A stretch of DNA of 64,000 nt from positions 70,853 through 134,852 of the forward strand of contig CBFHKU010000005.1 of NCBI GenBank assembly GCA_965656495.1, read 5' to 3'. The position numbers and the translations under genes were made by a program. Positions 1 to 8,799 of the stretch are shown here, piece by piece. How positions within the stretch are numbered: the first letter of the stretch is position 1; the number at the start of each line of letters is the position of its first letter. The DNA is from Coraliomargaritaceae bacterium (GTDB lineage: Bacteria > Verrucomicrobiota > Verrucomicrobiia > Opitutales > Coraliomargaritaceae). The notes beneath the pieces were generated by a model. The model did no database searches and was not told the origin of the DNA. It saw nothing but the letters and a program-made list of their open reading frames with translations.

Positions 1-501
1 TACCTTCGCGGGCAATGCTTTATTCGTGTGATCGCTGTGATTCGTAGTTCCCTCTCCTTGCGATGCCCTGAGGCCAGCCTAGCTGGCGACCGCTAATGGG
101 CGCTTATATCCACTAATGCTAAAAACAATACTATTAGTGTTTATAAGCGAAGATGAGCGGTTCCCGGCTCTGCCGGGTTCGTGGTTTCTGTGTCGTTCGT
201 GGTTTCCTTTCCCAACCTTCCTGCTCTCCTTCGCGTACCTTCGCGGGCAATGCTTTATTCGTGTGATCGCTGTGATTCGTAGTTCCCTCTCCTTGCGATG
301 CCCTGAGGCCAGCTTAGCTGGCGACCGCTAATGGGCGCTTATATCCACTAATGCTAAAAACAATACTATTAGTGTTTATAAGCGAGGATGAGCGGTTCCC
401 GGCTCTGCCGGGTTCGTGGTTTCCTTTCCCAACCTTCCTGCTCCCCTTCGCGTACCTTCGCGGGCAATGCTTTATTCGTGTGATCGCTGTGATTCGTAGT
501 T
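1..501. repeat. Tandem repeat of a ~235-bp palindrome-rich non-coding unit (units start at 1, 236, 453; cut by window edge)
   Basis: TACCTTCGCGGGCAATGC recurs at 1, 236 and 453. Unit 2 is 18 bp shorter. Each full unit holds a long imperfect hairpin (89-161) flanked by CCAGCYTAGCTGG and CCCGGCTCTGCCGGG mini-hairpins. Confidence 0.95.
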
Positions 502-630
502 TCTGCGCGTGCCTTCACGATGACTTTGTGAACCGCTCTACATTTTTTTACTTTTCTATAAGGTATTGAAATTTAGCCACATCGAATAGTTTTTCTCAGA
601 CTATTCACATTTTTATGTGACAAAAAACGC

Positions 631-692
631 TTGACTGGTGGGGCGAAATGGGGCGAAATAGGTCAAAATGGTAATAATGGGATAAAATGGGT
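631..692 (+). promoter_or_regulatory. dcw promoter with MraZ-binding direct repeats
   Basis: TTGACT (-35-like) at 631, then TGGGG/TGGGG/TAGGT/TGGTA/TGGGA/TGGGT at 639, 649, 659, 669, 678, 688 (~10-bp phasing), matching the known TGGGN MraZ operator arrangement. Confidence 0.75.
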
Positions 693-1151
693 TTAACAAA
701 AGCAGGTATGTTTGTGGGGGAATATCGCCACAATCTGGATGAAAAGGGGCGTCTAACGATCCCGTCATCCTGGCGTCCGGATCACAGTGATCCGGATGCG
801 AACCTCTTTTTGGCGCTGCCCAGTCCCGATGGTTACATCACGGTTTATCCGCCCAAGAAGATCGCTCAGTTGGAAGAATCCATTGCCCAAATAAGTCTGG
901 GGGATCGCGAGGGGCAGCAGGCGGTGGAGGAGTTGATGGCGCGTGCCCACAGTTTTAGTTGCGATAAGCAGGGGCGCATCAACCTGAATCAAAAACTGAT
1001 TGATTTTGGTGGCATCGAGAAGGGTGCGGTCCTGCTTGGGAAGCTTTCCACCTTCAGTATTTACAGCGAAGCCCGGTATACCGGCTTGCAAAACCGCGCC
1101 CCCGGCGATCCCGAGGCGCAGGCATCCGTCTTTAAACGCTTCAACCTATAA
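687..1151 (+). CDS. mraZ: Division/cell wall cluster transcriptional repressor MraZ
   Basis: [18 protein letters not shown] and DKQGRI repeats; first gene of dcw. Alternative start at 708. Confidence 0.95.
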   Translation: MGLTKAGMFVGEYRHNLDEKGRLTIPSSWRPDHSDPDANLFLALPSPDGYITVYPPKKIAQLEESIAQISLGDREGQQAVEELMARAHSFSCDKQGRINLNQKLIDFGGIEKGAVLLGKLSTFSIYSEARYTGLQNRAPGDPEAQASVFKRFNL

Positions 1152-1164
1152 ACCCAGCGACCCC

Positions 1165-1398
1165 ATGGACAACAGCCTCGAAGAAATCGCCCGTGAGAAC
1201 TTCCGCAGTTCCGGATTCATTACACGCCCCGGCAGCGAACGACGAGTCCCCTGGTCCTACGCTAGTCTTCCCCGCAGTCCATACACCCAAACCGATGCGG
1301 TCCGCGCGATTGAGGCGCGCCGGGCCCATGCCAACGAACGCGAAAATCTTCCACCCAACAAATTGCTCACCTTCCTCCATGCTTTGTTCGCTCGATGA
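1165..1398 (+). CDS. Small hypothetical protein (77 aa) between mraZ and rsmH
   Basis: ATG 13 bp after the mraZ stop; ORF fills the gap and overlaps the rsmH start by 20 bp. Confidence 0.6.
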   Translation: MDNSLEEIARENFRSSGFITRPGSERRVPWSYASLPRSPYTQTDAVRAIEARRAHANERENLPPNKLLTFLHALFAR

Positions 1399-2332
1399 AA
1401 CCCACCAAGCCGCCGCTCCGGGGCATTGCTCCGTCCTTCTGGACGCGAGTGTTGCTCTGCTCGCGCCGGCGGCGGGCGCTCGGTTTCTGGACGGAACCTT
1501 TGGTGGGGGCGGTCACACTGAAGCACTCCTGAAGGCGGCGGATGATGTGAGGGTGGTCGCCTTGGACCGCGATCCCGAGGCGGCCTTGCGGGCGGAGGCC
1601 TTAAAATCCCAATACGGCGAGCGATTTGTTTTTCACGCCATGAATTTTGGCGATCTTGGGGAATTGGAGGGGGAGCCTTTTGACGGGGTGCTCTTTGATT
1701 TTGGCTTGTCCTCCTTTCAACTGGATGACCCCGAGCGCGGTTTTTCCTTTCGGTCCGATGCGCCGGTGGACATGCGGATGAATCCGGAATCGGGTCAAAG
1801 CGCGGCGCAGTTTCTGGAAAGCGCCACCGAGGAAGCTTTGGTGGAGGCGATTCGTACCTACGGTGAAGAGAAGCGCTGGCGGCGGGTCGTGGCGGCCATC
1901 ATCGAGGCACGGGGCACCGGAAATTTGGAACGCACCCAATCGCTGGCGGCTTTGATCGGCGCGGCGGTGGGTCCCGCTCCGCGCGGGCGCAGCAAGGTGC
2001 ATCCTGCAACCCGCAGTTTTCAGGGCATTCGCATCGCGGTTAACGATGAGTTGGGTGCGATTGAACGCGCACTGCCGGCAGCCTTTGAGCGTCTGCGCGC
2101 CGGTGGTGTGCTGGTTGCGATAAGTTTTCATTCGCTCGAAGACCGCATCGTTAAACGTTTCTGCCGCCGCATGGCGGGGCGTCCCGAGCATGCCAACGAC
2201 AGCCGCACCTTGGATGAACGCGAGGAGCGTGCCCGTATGATCTCAACCCGCGCCATCGCACCGGATGCCGAGGAAATCAAACATAACCCCCGCAGCCGCA
2301 GCGCCCGTCTGCGCGCCCTCCAAAAGCTTTAA
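1379..2332 (+). CDS. rsmH: 16S rRNA m4C1402 methyltransferase RsmH (MraW)
   Basis: DGTFGGGGH, DFGLSSFQLD, ISFHSLEDRIVK, NPRSRSARLR. Start set at ATG 1379, shortly before the conserved HxSVLL. Confidence 0.95.
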   Translation: MLCSLDETHQAAAPGHCSVLLDASVALLAPAAGARFLDGTFGGGGHTEALLKAADDVRVVALDRDPEAALRAEALKSQYGERFVFHAMNFGDLGELEGEPFDGVLFDFGLSSFQLDDPERGFSFRSDAPVDMRMNPESGQSAAQFLESATEEALVEAIRTYGEEKRWRRVVAAIIEARGTGNLERTQSLAALIGAAVGPAPRGRSKVHPATRSFQGIRIAVNDELGAIERALPAAFERLRAGGVLVAISFHSLEDRIVKRFCRRMAGRPEHANDSRTLDEREERARMISTRAIAPDAEEIKHNPRSRSARLRALQKL

Positions 2333-2733
2333 TGAAACCGAACCCACAGTCCTATCCGGCGGATCCTCGTCTGCGCCCCAACTGCATCGCGATTTTATTG
2401 GGTGTGGGGCTTTTGACGGTATGTTCGGCATTCGTGTTGGTTTGGATGCAGCAGGAAATTTCCCGCACCGCCGGTCAAGCTGCCAAACTGGAGTCAAGGC
2501 TTGCTGAGCAGGTGGATAAGTTGCGCTACCTCGACGAGAAGATTTCGCGCCTGCACCAGCCGGTTGTTTTGCAGGGAAAAGTATCGGGTTCCCTGCGCCC
2601 CGCCAAGGATTTGCAAGTTGTCTGGGTTGCGGAACGCAACGGCGTGGAGGGTCGTGTTTATGCCGCGGCCGTTAGCTCTGCCGCTCCGGGCCTCGCTTTG
2701 ATGTTTGAATCCAATACCCCCAACAACCCCTAA
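2332..2733 (+). CDS. ftsL: FtsL-like cell division protein
   Basis: Position after rsmH (TAATG coupling); one TM helix followed by a coiled coil. Confidence 0.65.
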   Translation: MKPNPQSYPADPRLRPNCIAILLGVGLLTVCSAFVLVWMQQEISRTAGQAAKLESRLAEQVDKLRYLDEKISRLHQPVVLQGKVSGSLRPAKDLQVVWVAERNGVEGRVYAAAVSSAAPGLALMFESNTPNNP

Positions 2734-2737
2734 AGCC

Positions 2738-2935
2738 ATGTCCACTTTGTATGTCACCAGCGCTCATTACCGAACCCCCGCCGGTTGCCCCGGAATCGAA
2801 CCGGTTGTGAACGCCCTCAAGCAAAACCGACGCCCGCGTGAAACTGTACCCGCTACAAATCCACTTGGCCCGCCACTGCGGCCCTCTGAATCAACCCTTC
2901 GCAAAATGACCCGGCGCTTCAAGCCGGGTGCCTGA
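2738..2935 (+). CDS. Small basic Pro/Arg-rich hypothetical protein (65 aa)
   Basis: Fills the gap between ftsL (4 bp) and ftsI (6 bp). Confidence 0.45.
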   Translation: MSTLYVTSAHYRTPAGCPGIEPVVNALKQNRRPRETVPATNPLGPPLRPSESTLRKMTRRFKPGA

Positions 2936-2941
2936 TAACCA

Positions 2942-4750
2942 ATGAGCCAGGCTTTCGTATGCACCAAACGTGCGGTTTTAATCCAATCCCTGATTGCGCT
3001 GGCTTTCTGCGTCCTGCTCGGACGTCTTTTTTATCTCCATATCTGGAACCATCAGGATCTCGCCAGTAAGGCTGAAAGCAGCCGTAAGATGGTCAAGGTG
3101 GTCGAGGCCCGTCGGGGCAATATTGTCGACCAGCGCGGCAACCTGCTTGCTTCCACTCAAATGACGATTGACCTCGGGGTGGACCCGCAATCGCTACGGC
3201 CCGGTGACGTTTCGAAACTCCCGGAGTTGGCACGCCTGTTGAACAAACCGCTCGCGGAAATTGAGACTGCTTTTAACACAACGACTCGTCTCCGTTCCGA
3301 TGGCACGCCTTATCTCGTGCGTTGGATTCCACTCTACAAGGGTTTAAATCAAGAGACCGCTGCCGCAGTCGATGCCCTCGGTATCAAGGGCGTGTATGGC
3401 AATCACCGTTATGCCCGCACCTATCCCGGCGGGAAACTCGCTGCCCATGTCCTTGGTTATGTCAACAAAGCGGAGGTCGCTGCCAATGGCGTGGAGCAAG
3501 CCTTCAATTATTATTTGCGCGGGCAGGATGGCTGGGTGGAATCCGAGCGCGACGGTCGCCGCCGGGAATTGGCGCAATACCGTGACCGTGAAGTCCTCCC
3601 GCACGACGGGCTCAATCTCCAACTTTGCCTCGATCAAATGATTCAGCACATCGTGGAGCGTGAAGTGGATCGCCTTGCGGGGGAATACGATCCTGAGAGT
3701 GTCAGCATAATTGTGAGCGAGCCCACCACCGGGGCGCTGCTGGCGCTCGCCAATTACCCGAGCTACGATCTCAATGAATATTTCAACACGAAAAAATACC
3801 CGGTCGCAAACCAGCGCAACCGCGCCCTCACCGATTCCTTTGAGCCGGGTTCGACCTTTAAAGTGGTTCCCATTGCGGCGGCGCTGAACGAAGGGCTCGT
3901 GCGGCGCGGGCAGAACTTTGCAACCAACCTGACTCATTTCAATTATCGTGGCCGGAAGGTCGGCTTGCCCCGCGACGATCACATCAAACAGGACAGCCTG
4001 CAATTGAACGAGGTGCTCGTGAAGTCGAGCAACCGAGGTTCGGCACAAGTGGGAATGTTGCTCGGGGAGCAATTGCTTTATGATTACGCCGCCGCCTTTG
4101 GTTATGGTGAACTCACCGGCTGTGACCTCGTGGGGGAGGGCAGTGGTACCTTGCACCCGGTGCGCAATTGGGATGGCCTCACCATTACCCGGATGCCGAT
4201 GGGCCATGCCGTCAGCGCCACTCCGATGCAGGTGCATAGCGCCATGTCGGTCTTTGCGAATCGCGGGATATTAATGGAGCCCATGGTGGCGCGTCGGATT
4301 TACGATGCTTCCGGTGAATCGGTGGTGCAGTTTCGTCCCCGCGCAAAACGCCGGGTCGTTTCTACCGAGACCGCTGAACTGGTAGCGGAAATGCTGGCGG
4401 ATGTCGTGGAGGTGGGCACTGCCCGGCGCACCGTTCGCCTCGACGCCTATACCGCCGCAGGCAAGACCGGAACCACTCAGAAAATTGAGAACGGTCGTTA
4501 TTCACGCACGAAGCAGGTCACTTCTTTCAGCGGCTTCCTGCCTGCCAAGAACCCGCAACTCGTCATTACCGTAGTGGTCGATCACCCCAAGGTTTCCAAA
4601 GCCTCGGGCGGTAAGATTTGCGGCCCCGCCTTTAAAAACATCGCTCAGGCCTGTATTGCCTATCTGGGAATTCGTCCCGATCGCCAGGCCTCCGCTCCCC
4701 TCGCTCTCAAGCCTTTATTGCCGGATGGAAATAGCCGAATTTCAAATTAG
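2942..4750 (+). CDS. ftsI: Class B penicillin-binding protein FtsI/PBP3
   Basis: N-terminal TM, RRGNIVD, EPGSTFK (SxxK), KSSN (SxN), GKTGT. Confidence 0.95.
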   Translation: MSQAFVCTKRAVLIQSLIALAFCVLLGRLFYLHIWNHQDLASKAESSRKMVKVVEARRGNIVDQRGNLLASTQMTIDLGVDPQSLRPGDVSKLPELARLLNKPLAEIETAFNTTTRLRSDGTPYLVRWIPLYKGLNQETAAAVDALGIKGVYGNHRYARTYPGGKLAAHVLGYVNKAEVAANGVEQAFNYYLRGQDGWVESERDGRRRELAQYRDREVLPHDGLNLQLCLDQMIQHIVEREVDRLAGEYDPESVSIIVSEPTTGALLALANYPSYDLNEYFNTKKYPVANQRNRALTDSFEPGSTFKVVPIAAALNEGLVRRGQNFATNLTHFNYRGRKVGLPRDDHIKQDSLQLNEVLVKSSNRGSAQVGMLLGEQLLYDYAAAFGYGELTGCDLVGEGSGTLHPVRNWDGLTITRMPMGHAVSATPMQVHSAMSVFANRGILMEPMVARRIYDASGESVVQFRPRAKRRVVSTETAELVAEMLADVVEVGTARRTVRLDAYTAAGKTGTTQKIENGRYSRTKQVTSFSGFLPAKNPQLVITVVVDHPKVSKASGGKICGPAFKNIAQACIAYLGIRPDRQASAPLALKPLLPDGNSRISN

Positions 4751-6326
4751 TCTTTTGCTGAATCAACCCTTCGCGAAGGCGAACCTGCGCCGCAAGATGC
4801 CCGCGCTCAGGATGGAGCGCCCCCATGCTTCCAAGGGTCACCGCCTGCGTGAACTCGTCGAGTGCATGGATGCCAAACTGCCCGAGGGCAAGGCGGAGCC
4901 GGAAATTACCTGTCTCATTACCGACAGCCGTCGGGTCGTCCCGGGCGCCCTCTTTTTCGCGATCGGCGGATTGCGCACCGATGGTAATTATTTCATCGAG
5001 GAAGCGGTGGATCGCGGCGCCGTTGCAATCGTTTCCGAGAAGGATCTGGGAGGTCATCTCCCTGTTGCCTGTATCCGTGTTTCTGATACACGCAAGGCCC
5101 TCGCGCTCGCGGCGCGTCGGTTTTACGACGCCCCCGATGCGGATTTGAACATTACCGGTATCACCGGCACCAACGGAAAAACCACCGTTGCGATGCTCCT
5201 TCAGCATTTGATGGGTGGAAATAGCAAGGTGGGGATGTTGGGTACGGTTCGTTACGATCTCGGCAACCGCACTTTGCCTTCCTTCAAGACAACCCCCGAA
5301 TCGGTCGACACCTTCGCTTTGCTGGATCAAATTCGCAAAGCGGGATGCGCGGAAGTTGCGATGGAAGTGAGTTCGCATGGTCTGGAGCAAAAACGGGTTT
5401 ACGGTATGTCGGTTCAGGTCGCGGCCTTTTTGAATCTGACCCATGATCATATCGACTATCACCACAACATGGAGGCCTACTTTGATTCCAAACAACTCCT
5501 GTTTAACGGTGGAAACGGAGGCTTGCCGCAAGCGGCGGTCATCAACCTCGATTGTCCCTACGGTCAACGTTTGGCGGCATCGCTCGACCCGGCGATTGGC
5601 TGTACCACCTTCGCGATCGGGGCGACTGCTGACCTCACCGCGGAGGCATTGAAGCTCTATCCCGACCGCACCGAATTTGATTTGGTTTGGCACGGGGGGC
5701 GGACAAAAATCGTATCGCCCCTCTTGGGACGTTATAATGTGAGCAACCTCCTCGCAGCGCTGGCAATCGGGCAGGTGCGCGGATTTGAAATGGAGTGGAT
5801 GCTCGGGCGGCTGGTTGACTTTCCGTCGGTGCCCGGACGGATGGAGCGGGTTGTTTGCGGGCAGGACTTTACGGTTTTGGTGGACTACGCGCACACCGAT
5901 GATGCCCTGCAACATGCCTGCGAAATGGTCCGCGAACTGACGCCCGGTAAATCGATTTTGGTATTTGGCTGTGGCGGGGATCGCGACCGCAGCAAGCGTG
6001 CACCCATGATGGAAGCGGCGATCAAGGGAGCCGATCAAATTGTGGTGACATCCGACAATCCCCGCACTGAATCGCAGGAGCAGATATTTGACGATATGCG
6101 GACTGCCCTCGGGGCGGCAGACGCCGAGCGCGTCCAATTTATTCCCGACCGGAAGCGCGCGATTTCCACCGCGCTGGATCTTGCGGAAGCGGAGGATTGT
6201 GTTCTGGTGGCGGGGAAGGGTCATGAAAGCTATCAGGAGTTTGATGGCTCCGTTATTCCCTTTGATGATCGTCAGGTCATTCGTGAACTTTGGGACCTCA
6301 AAGCAAAGGGCGCCACGGGCAAGTGA
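4725..6326 (+). CDS. murE: UDP-MurNAc-dipeptide:meso-DAP ligase MurE
   Basis: GITGTNGKTT, MEVSSH, VDYAHT, FGCGGDRD, DNPR (DAP specificity), AGKGHE. Start uncertain. Confidence 0.95.
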   Translation: MEIAEFQISLLLNQPFAKANLRRKMPALRMERPHASKGHRLRELVECMDAKLPEGKAEPEITCLITDSRRVVPGALFFAIGGLRTDGNYFIEEAVDRGAVAIVSEKDLGGHLPVACIRVSDTRKALALAARRFYDAPDADLNITGITGTNGKTTVAMLLQHLMGGNSKVGMLGTVRYDLGNRTLPSFKTTPESVDTFALLDQIRKAGCAEVAMEVSSHGLEQKRVYGMSVQVAAFLNLTHDHIDYHHNMEAYFDSKQLLFNGGNGGLPQAAVINLDCPYGQRLAASLDPAIGCTTFAIGATADLTAEALKLYPDRTEFDLVWHGGRTKIVSPLLGRYNVSNLLAALAIGQVRGFEMEWMLGRLVDFPSVPGRMERVVCGQDFTVLVDYAHTDDALQHACEMVRELTPGKSILVFGCGGDRDRSKRAPMMEAAIKGADQIVVTSDNPRTESQEQIFDDMRTALGAADAERVQFIPDRKRAISTALDLAEAEDCVLVAGKGHESYQEFDGSVIPFDDRQVIRELWDLKAKGATGK

Positions 6327-7690
6327 TGGACTTTGATCCTGCAGAATTGGCGCGTTGGACGGGGGGTCAATGGAGTGCTCCACCCCCAGCCTCGATTGAG
6401 GGTTTACATTTTGATACCCGATTGATGCAACCCGGCGCGGGCTTTATCGCCCTCACGCATGGCAAGCGCAACGGGCATGATTTTCTGGACGCCGCCTCAG
6501 ATGGAGGGGCATCCTGCGCGATTGTGGAGCAAGTCTGCAAATCGCCTTTGCCGCAACTCGTGGTCGCGGATTGTATGAAGGCACTCGCCGATATTGCCCA
6601 GGCGCAACGCGAGCGTTTCCGCAAGCCCGTGATCGGTATAACCGGAAGCTGCGGCAAGACCTCCACCAAGAGCATCCTGCAACGCTTGTTGGGCGCGTCC
6701 CGTTGCCACGCGACTCCCGGCAACTGGAATAATCGCATCGGTGTCCCGATGACCTTGTTTGGCTTGGACTCCGAGCAACAGAATTTCGCGGTGATTGAAG
6801 CGGGTATCAGTGAGCCCGGAGAAATGAAGGCGCTCTCTGCGATGATCCAACCCGACCTCGCGATCGTAACCCATGTCGGTCCCGCCCATCTGGAAGGCCT
6901 GGGAACCATTGAGGGCGTTGCCCGCGAAAAAGCTCTGCTGATGGCGCACGCGCGGTCGGACGCGCGTCTCGTGGTACCGGAGTCGGTCTATGCCTTTCCG
7001 GAATTCAAGGCCCTCGCGTCGCGCACCTGTCTGGTGCTTGAAGGCGAGGCGCCGGCACCGGATCCCGCGCCGGCGCAGCTCGTGCGCTATCGTCGCACCG
7101 AGCAAGGTATTGCATTGTTGGAAAAGGAATACCCCTTTCCCTGTGCCAGTGCCGGGATGTGTTCCAACGCCGCCCTCGCGCTGGTGGCGGCGCAACTTCT
7201 AGAGGCCGATCTCGTTGCCGGCACCGATTCTCTCGCGACCTGGCAACCCGACCCGCGACGCGGACAATACCTTGAAAGCGGCGATCAATCTTTCTACGTG
7301 GATTGTTATAACGCCAACCCCGCTTCGATGCTGGATGCGATGCGGGCTTTTGAGGCGACGGTTCCGGTTGAGGCAGGACGCGCTTATGTTTTGGGTGCGA
7401 TGCAGGAACTCGGCACCGCGGAAGTCGCCTTGCACGAGGAACTCGGGCGCTCCCTGCGCTTGCGGCCCAAGGACAGCCTTTGGCTCGTGGGGCCTCCGCA
7501 CCTGACCGCAGCCTACGCCGCCGGAGCCGATGCCGCAGGCCTACTCCCCGAACAGGTGGTCGCTGTCGCTTCGGTCGATGCCATAAAATCCGGCATTGCT
7601 GCTTTTAAAGGAGCGGTTTTTCTAAAGGGGAGTCGCGCTTACAAACTCGAAACGCTCCTGCCCGAATCGCTCAATTTAAATTCCGAATAA
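6326..7690 (+). CDS. murF: UDP-MurNAc-tripeptide:D-Ala-D-Ala ligase MurF
   Basis: ITGSCGKTSTK, NNRIGVP, DCYNANPASM, LKGSR; TGATG overlap with murE. Confidence 0.95.
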   Translation: MDFDPAELARWTGGQWSAPPPASIEGLHFDTRLMQPGAGFIALTHGKRNGHDFLDAASDGGASCAIVEQVCKSPLPQLVVADCMKALADIAQAQRERFRKPVIGITGSCGKTSTKSILQRLLGASRCHATPGNWNNRIGVPMTLFGLDSEQQNFAVIEAGISEPGEMKALSAMIQPDLAIVTHVGPAHLEGLGTIEGVAREKALLMAHARSDARLVVPESVYAFPEFKALASRTCLVLEGEAPAPDPAPAQLVRYRRTEQGIALLEKEYPFPCASAGMCSNAALALVAAQLLEADLVAGTDSLATWQPDPRRGQYLESGDQSFYVDCYNANPASMLDAMRAFEATVPVEAGRAYVLGAMQELGTAEVALHEELGRSLRLRPKDSLWLVGPPHLTAAYAAGADAAGLLPEQVVAVASVDAIKSGIAAFKGAVFLKGSRAYKLETLLPESLNLNSE

Positions 7691-7697
7691 TCCTATC

Positions 7698-8798
7698 ATG
7701 CTAAGCTACCTCGCCGATTTTGAATCCTACTTTGGGCCCCTCCGTCTTTTCCGCTACCTGACTTTGCGCTCAGCGATGGCGGGGATGACTGCGATGGGAA
7801 TCGGTTTTATCTTGGGGCCTTGGCTTATCGCGCGTCTTCGCCTCTTGCGTGCCCGCCAGTCGATGCGAACCGAAACGGAAGTCGGGGACCTCGCGGGATT
7901 GCATGCCAATAAAGCGGAAACCCCTACGATGGGGGGATTGATGATTGCGGCCTCGGTTATTGTCAGTGCGCTGCTCTGGGCGCGTCCCAACGTTTATGTC
8001 ATTACCGCGTTGCTGGTTTATGGTGGGCTGACGGTTCTGGGTTTTGTCGATGACTACCTCAAAGTTACCCAACGCACGAGCCGTGGCTTGCCCGGTCGCT
8101 GGAAACTACTCGGGCAGGCCATCCTCACGGTGCTCGCATTGCTCATCTTGCTCAGTTTTCCCGAGTCGGCGGATAAAATGCGCGAACTGTGGGTACCCTT
8201 TCACAAGGCGATCCTGGTGGAACAGATGCCGCTCCTCTTCCTCTTGCCCTTCCTCTTTCTCATTTTGGCGGGTTCGAGTAATGCCATTAATCTCACCGAT
8301 GGAGTCGATGGACTCGCGATCGGGTGTACCGTCACGGCGGCGCTTGCCTATGCCATAATGGCGTATGCTGCGGGCAATGCCATCATGGCGGACTATCTCT
8401 TTATCAGTTTTGTGCCGGGGGCGGGTGAACTGACGGTGCTCTGTGCTGCGCTTTTGGGCGCGAGCCTCACTTTTCTTTGGTATAATTCCCATCCGGCGGA
8501 AGTCTTTATGGGCGATACCGGATCACTCGCGCTCGGTGGTCTCATCGGCATGATTGCCTTCATGGTGCACCAACCCTTAACGCTCGTGATCGTGGGCGGT
8601 ATATTTGTCTGCGAGGCCTTGTCCGTTATCCTGCAGGTAGGTTTATTTAAACTGCGCGGGAAACGTATTTTTAAAATGTCACCGATCCATCACCATTTTG
8701 AATTGGCGGGTTGGCATGAGAACAAGGTCGTGATCCGTTTCTGGATCCTCTCGTTGATTTTTGCGATGGTGGGCCTCGCAACCTTGAAACTGCGCTAA
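7698..8798 (+). CDS. mraY: Phospho-MurNAc-pentapeptide transferase MraY
   Basis: TPTMGG, DDYLK, NLTDGVDGL, FMGDTGS, PIHHHFE. Confidence 0.97.
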   Translation: MLSYLADFESYFGPLRLFRYLTLRSAMAGMTAMGIGFILGPWLIARLRLLRARQSMRTETEVGDLAGLHANKAETPTMGGLMIAASVIVSALLWARPNVYVITALLVYGGLTVLGFVDDYLKVTQRTSRGLPGRWKLLGQAILTVLALLILLSFPESADKMRELWVPFHKAILVEQMPLLFLLPFLFLILAGSSNAINLTDGVDGLAIGCTVTAALAYAIMAYAAGNAIMADYLFISFVPGAGELTVLCAALLGASLTFLWYNSHPAEVFMGDTGSLALGGLIGMIAFMVHQPLTLVIVGGIFVCEALSVILQVGLFKLRGKRIFKMSPIHHHFELAGWHENKVVIRFWILSLIFAMVGLATLKLR

Positions 8799-8799
8799 G

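Noticed and set aside
116..569. ORFs 116-331 and 351-569
   Set aside because: Translations of the palindromic tandem repeat; no coding signature.
1193..1378. Long N-terminal extensions in the ORF track (rsmH, also murG, ddl, meaB, ribH, tgt, sco)
   Set aside because: They overlap upstream genes or repeats; downstream ATGs fit family starts and translational coupling.
4707..6383. Long antisense ORFs (e.g. 558 aa opposite murE, 469 aa opposite scpC, 417 aa opposite murC)
   Set aside because: Shadow frames expected in GC-rich coding DNA; no motifs.
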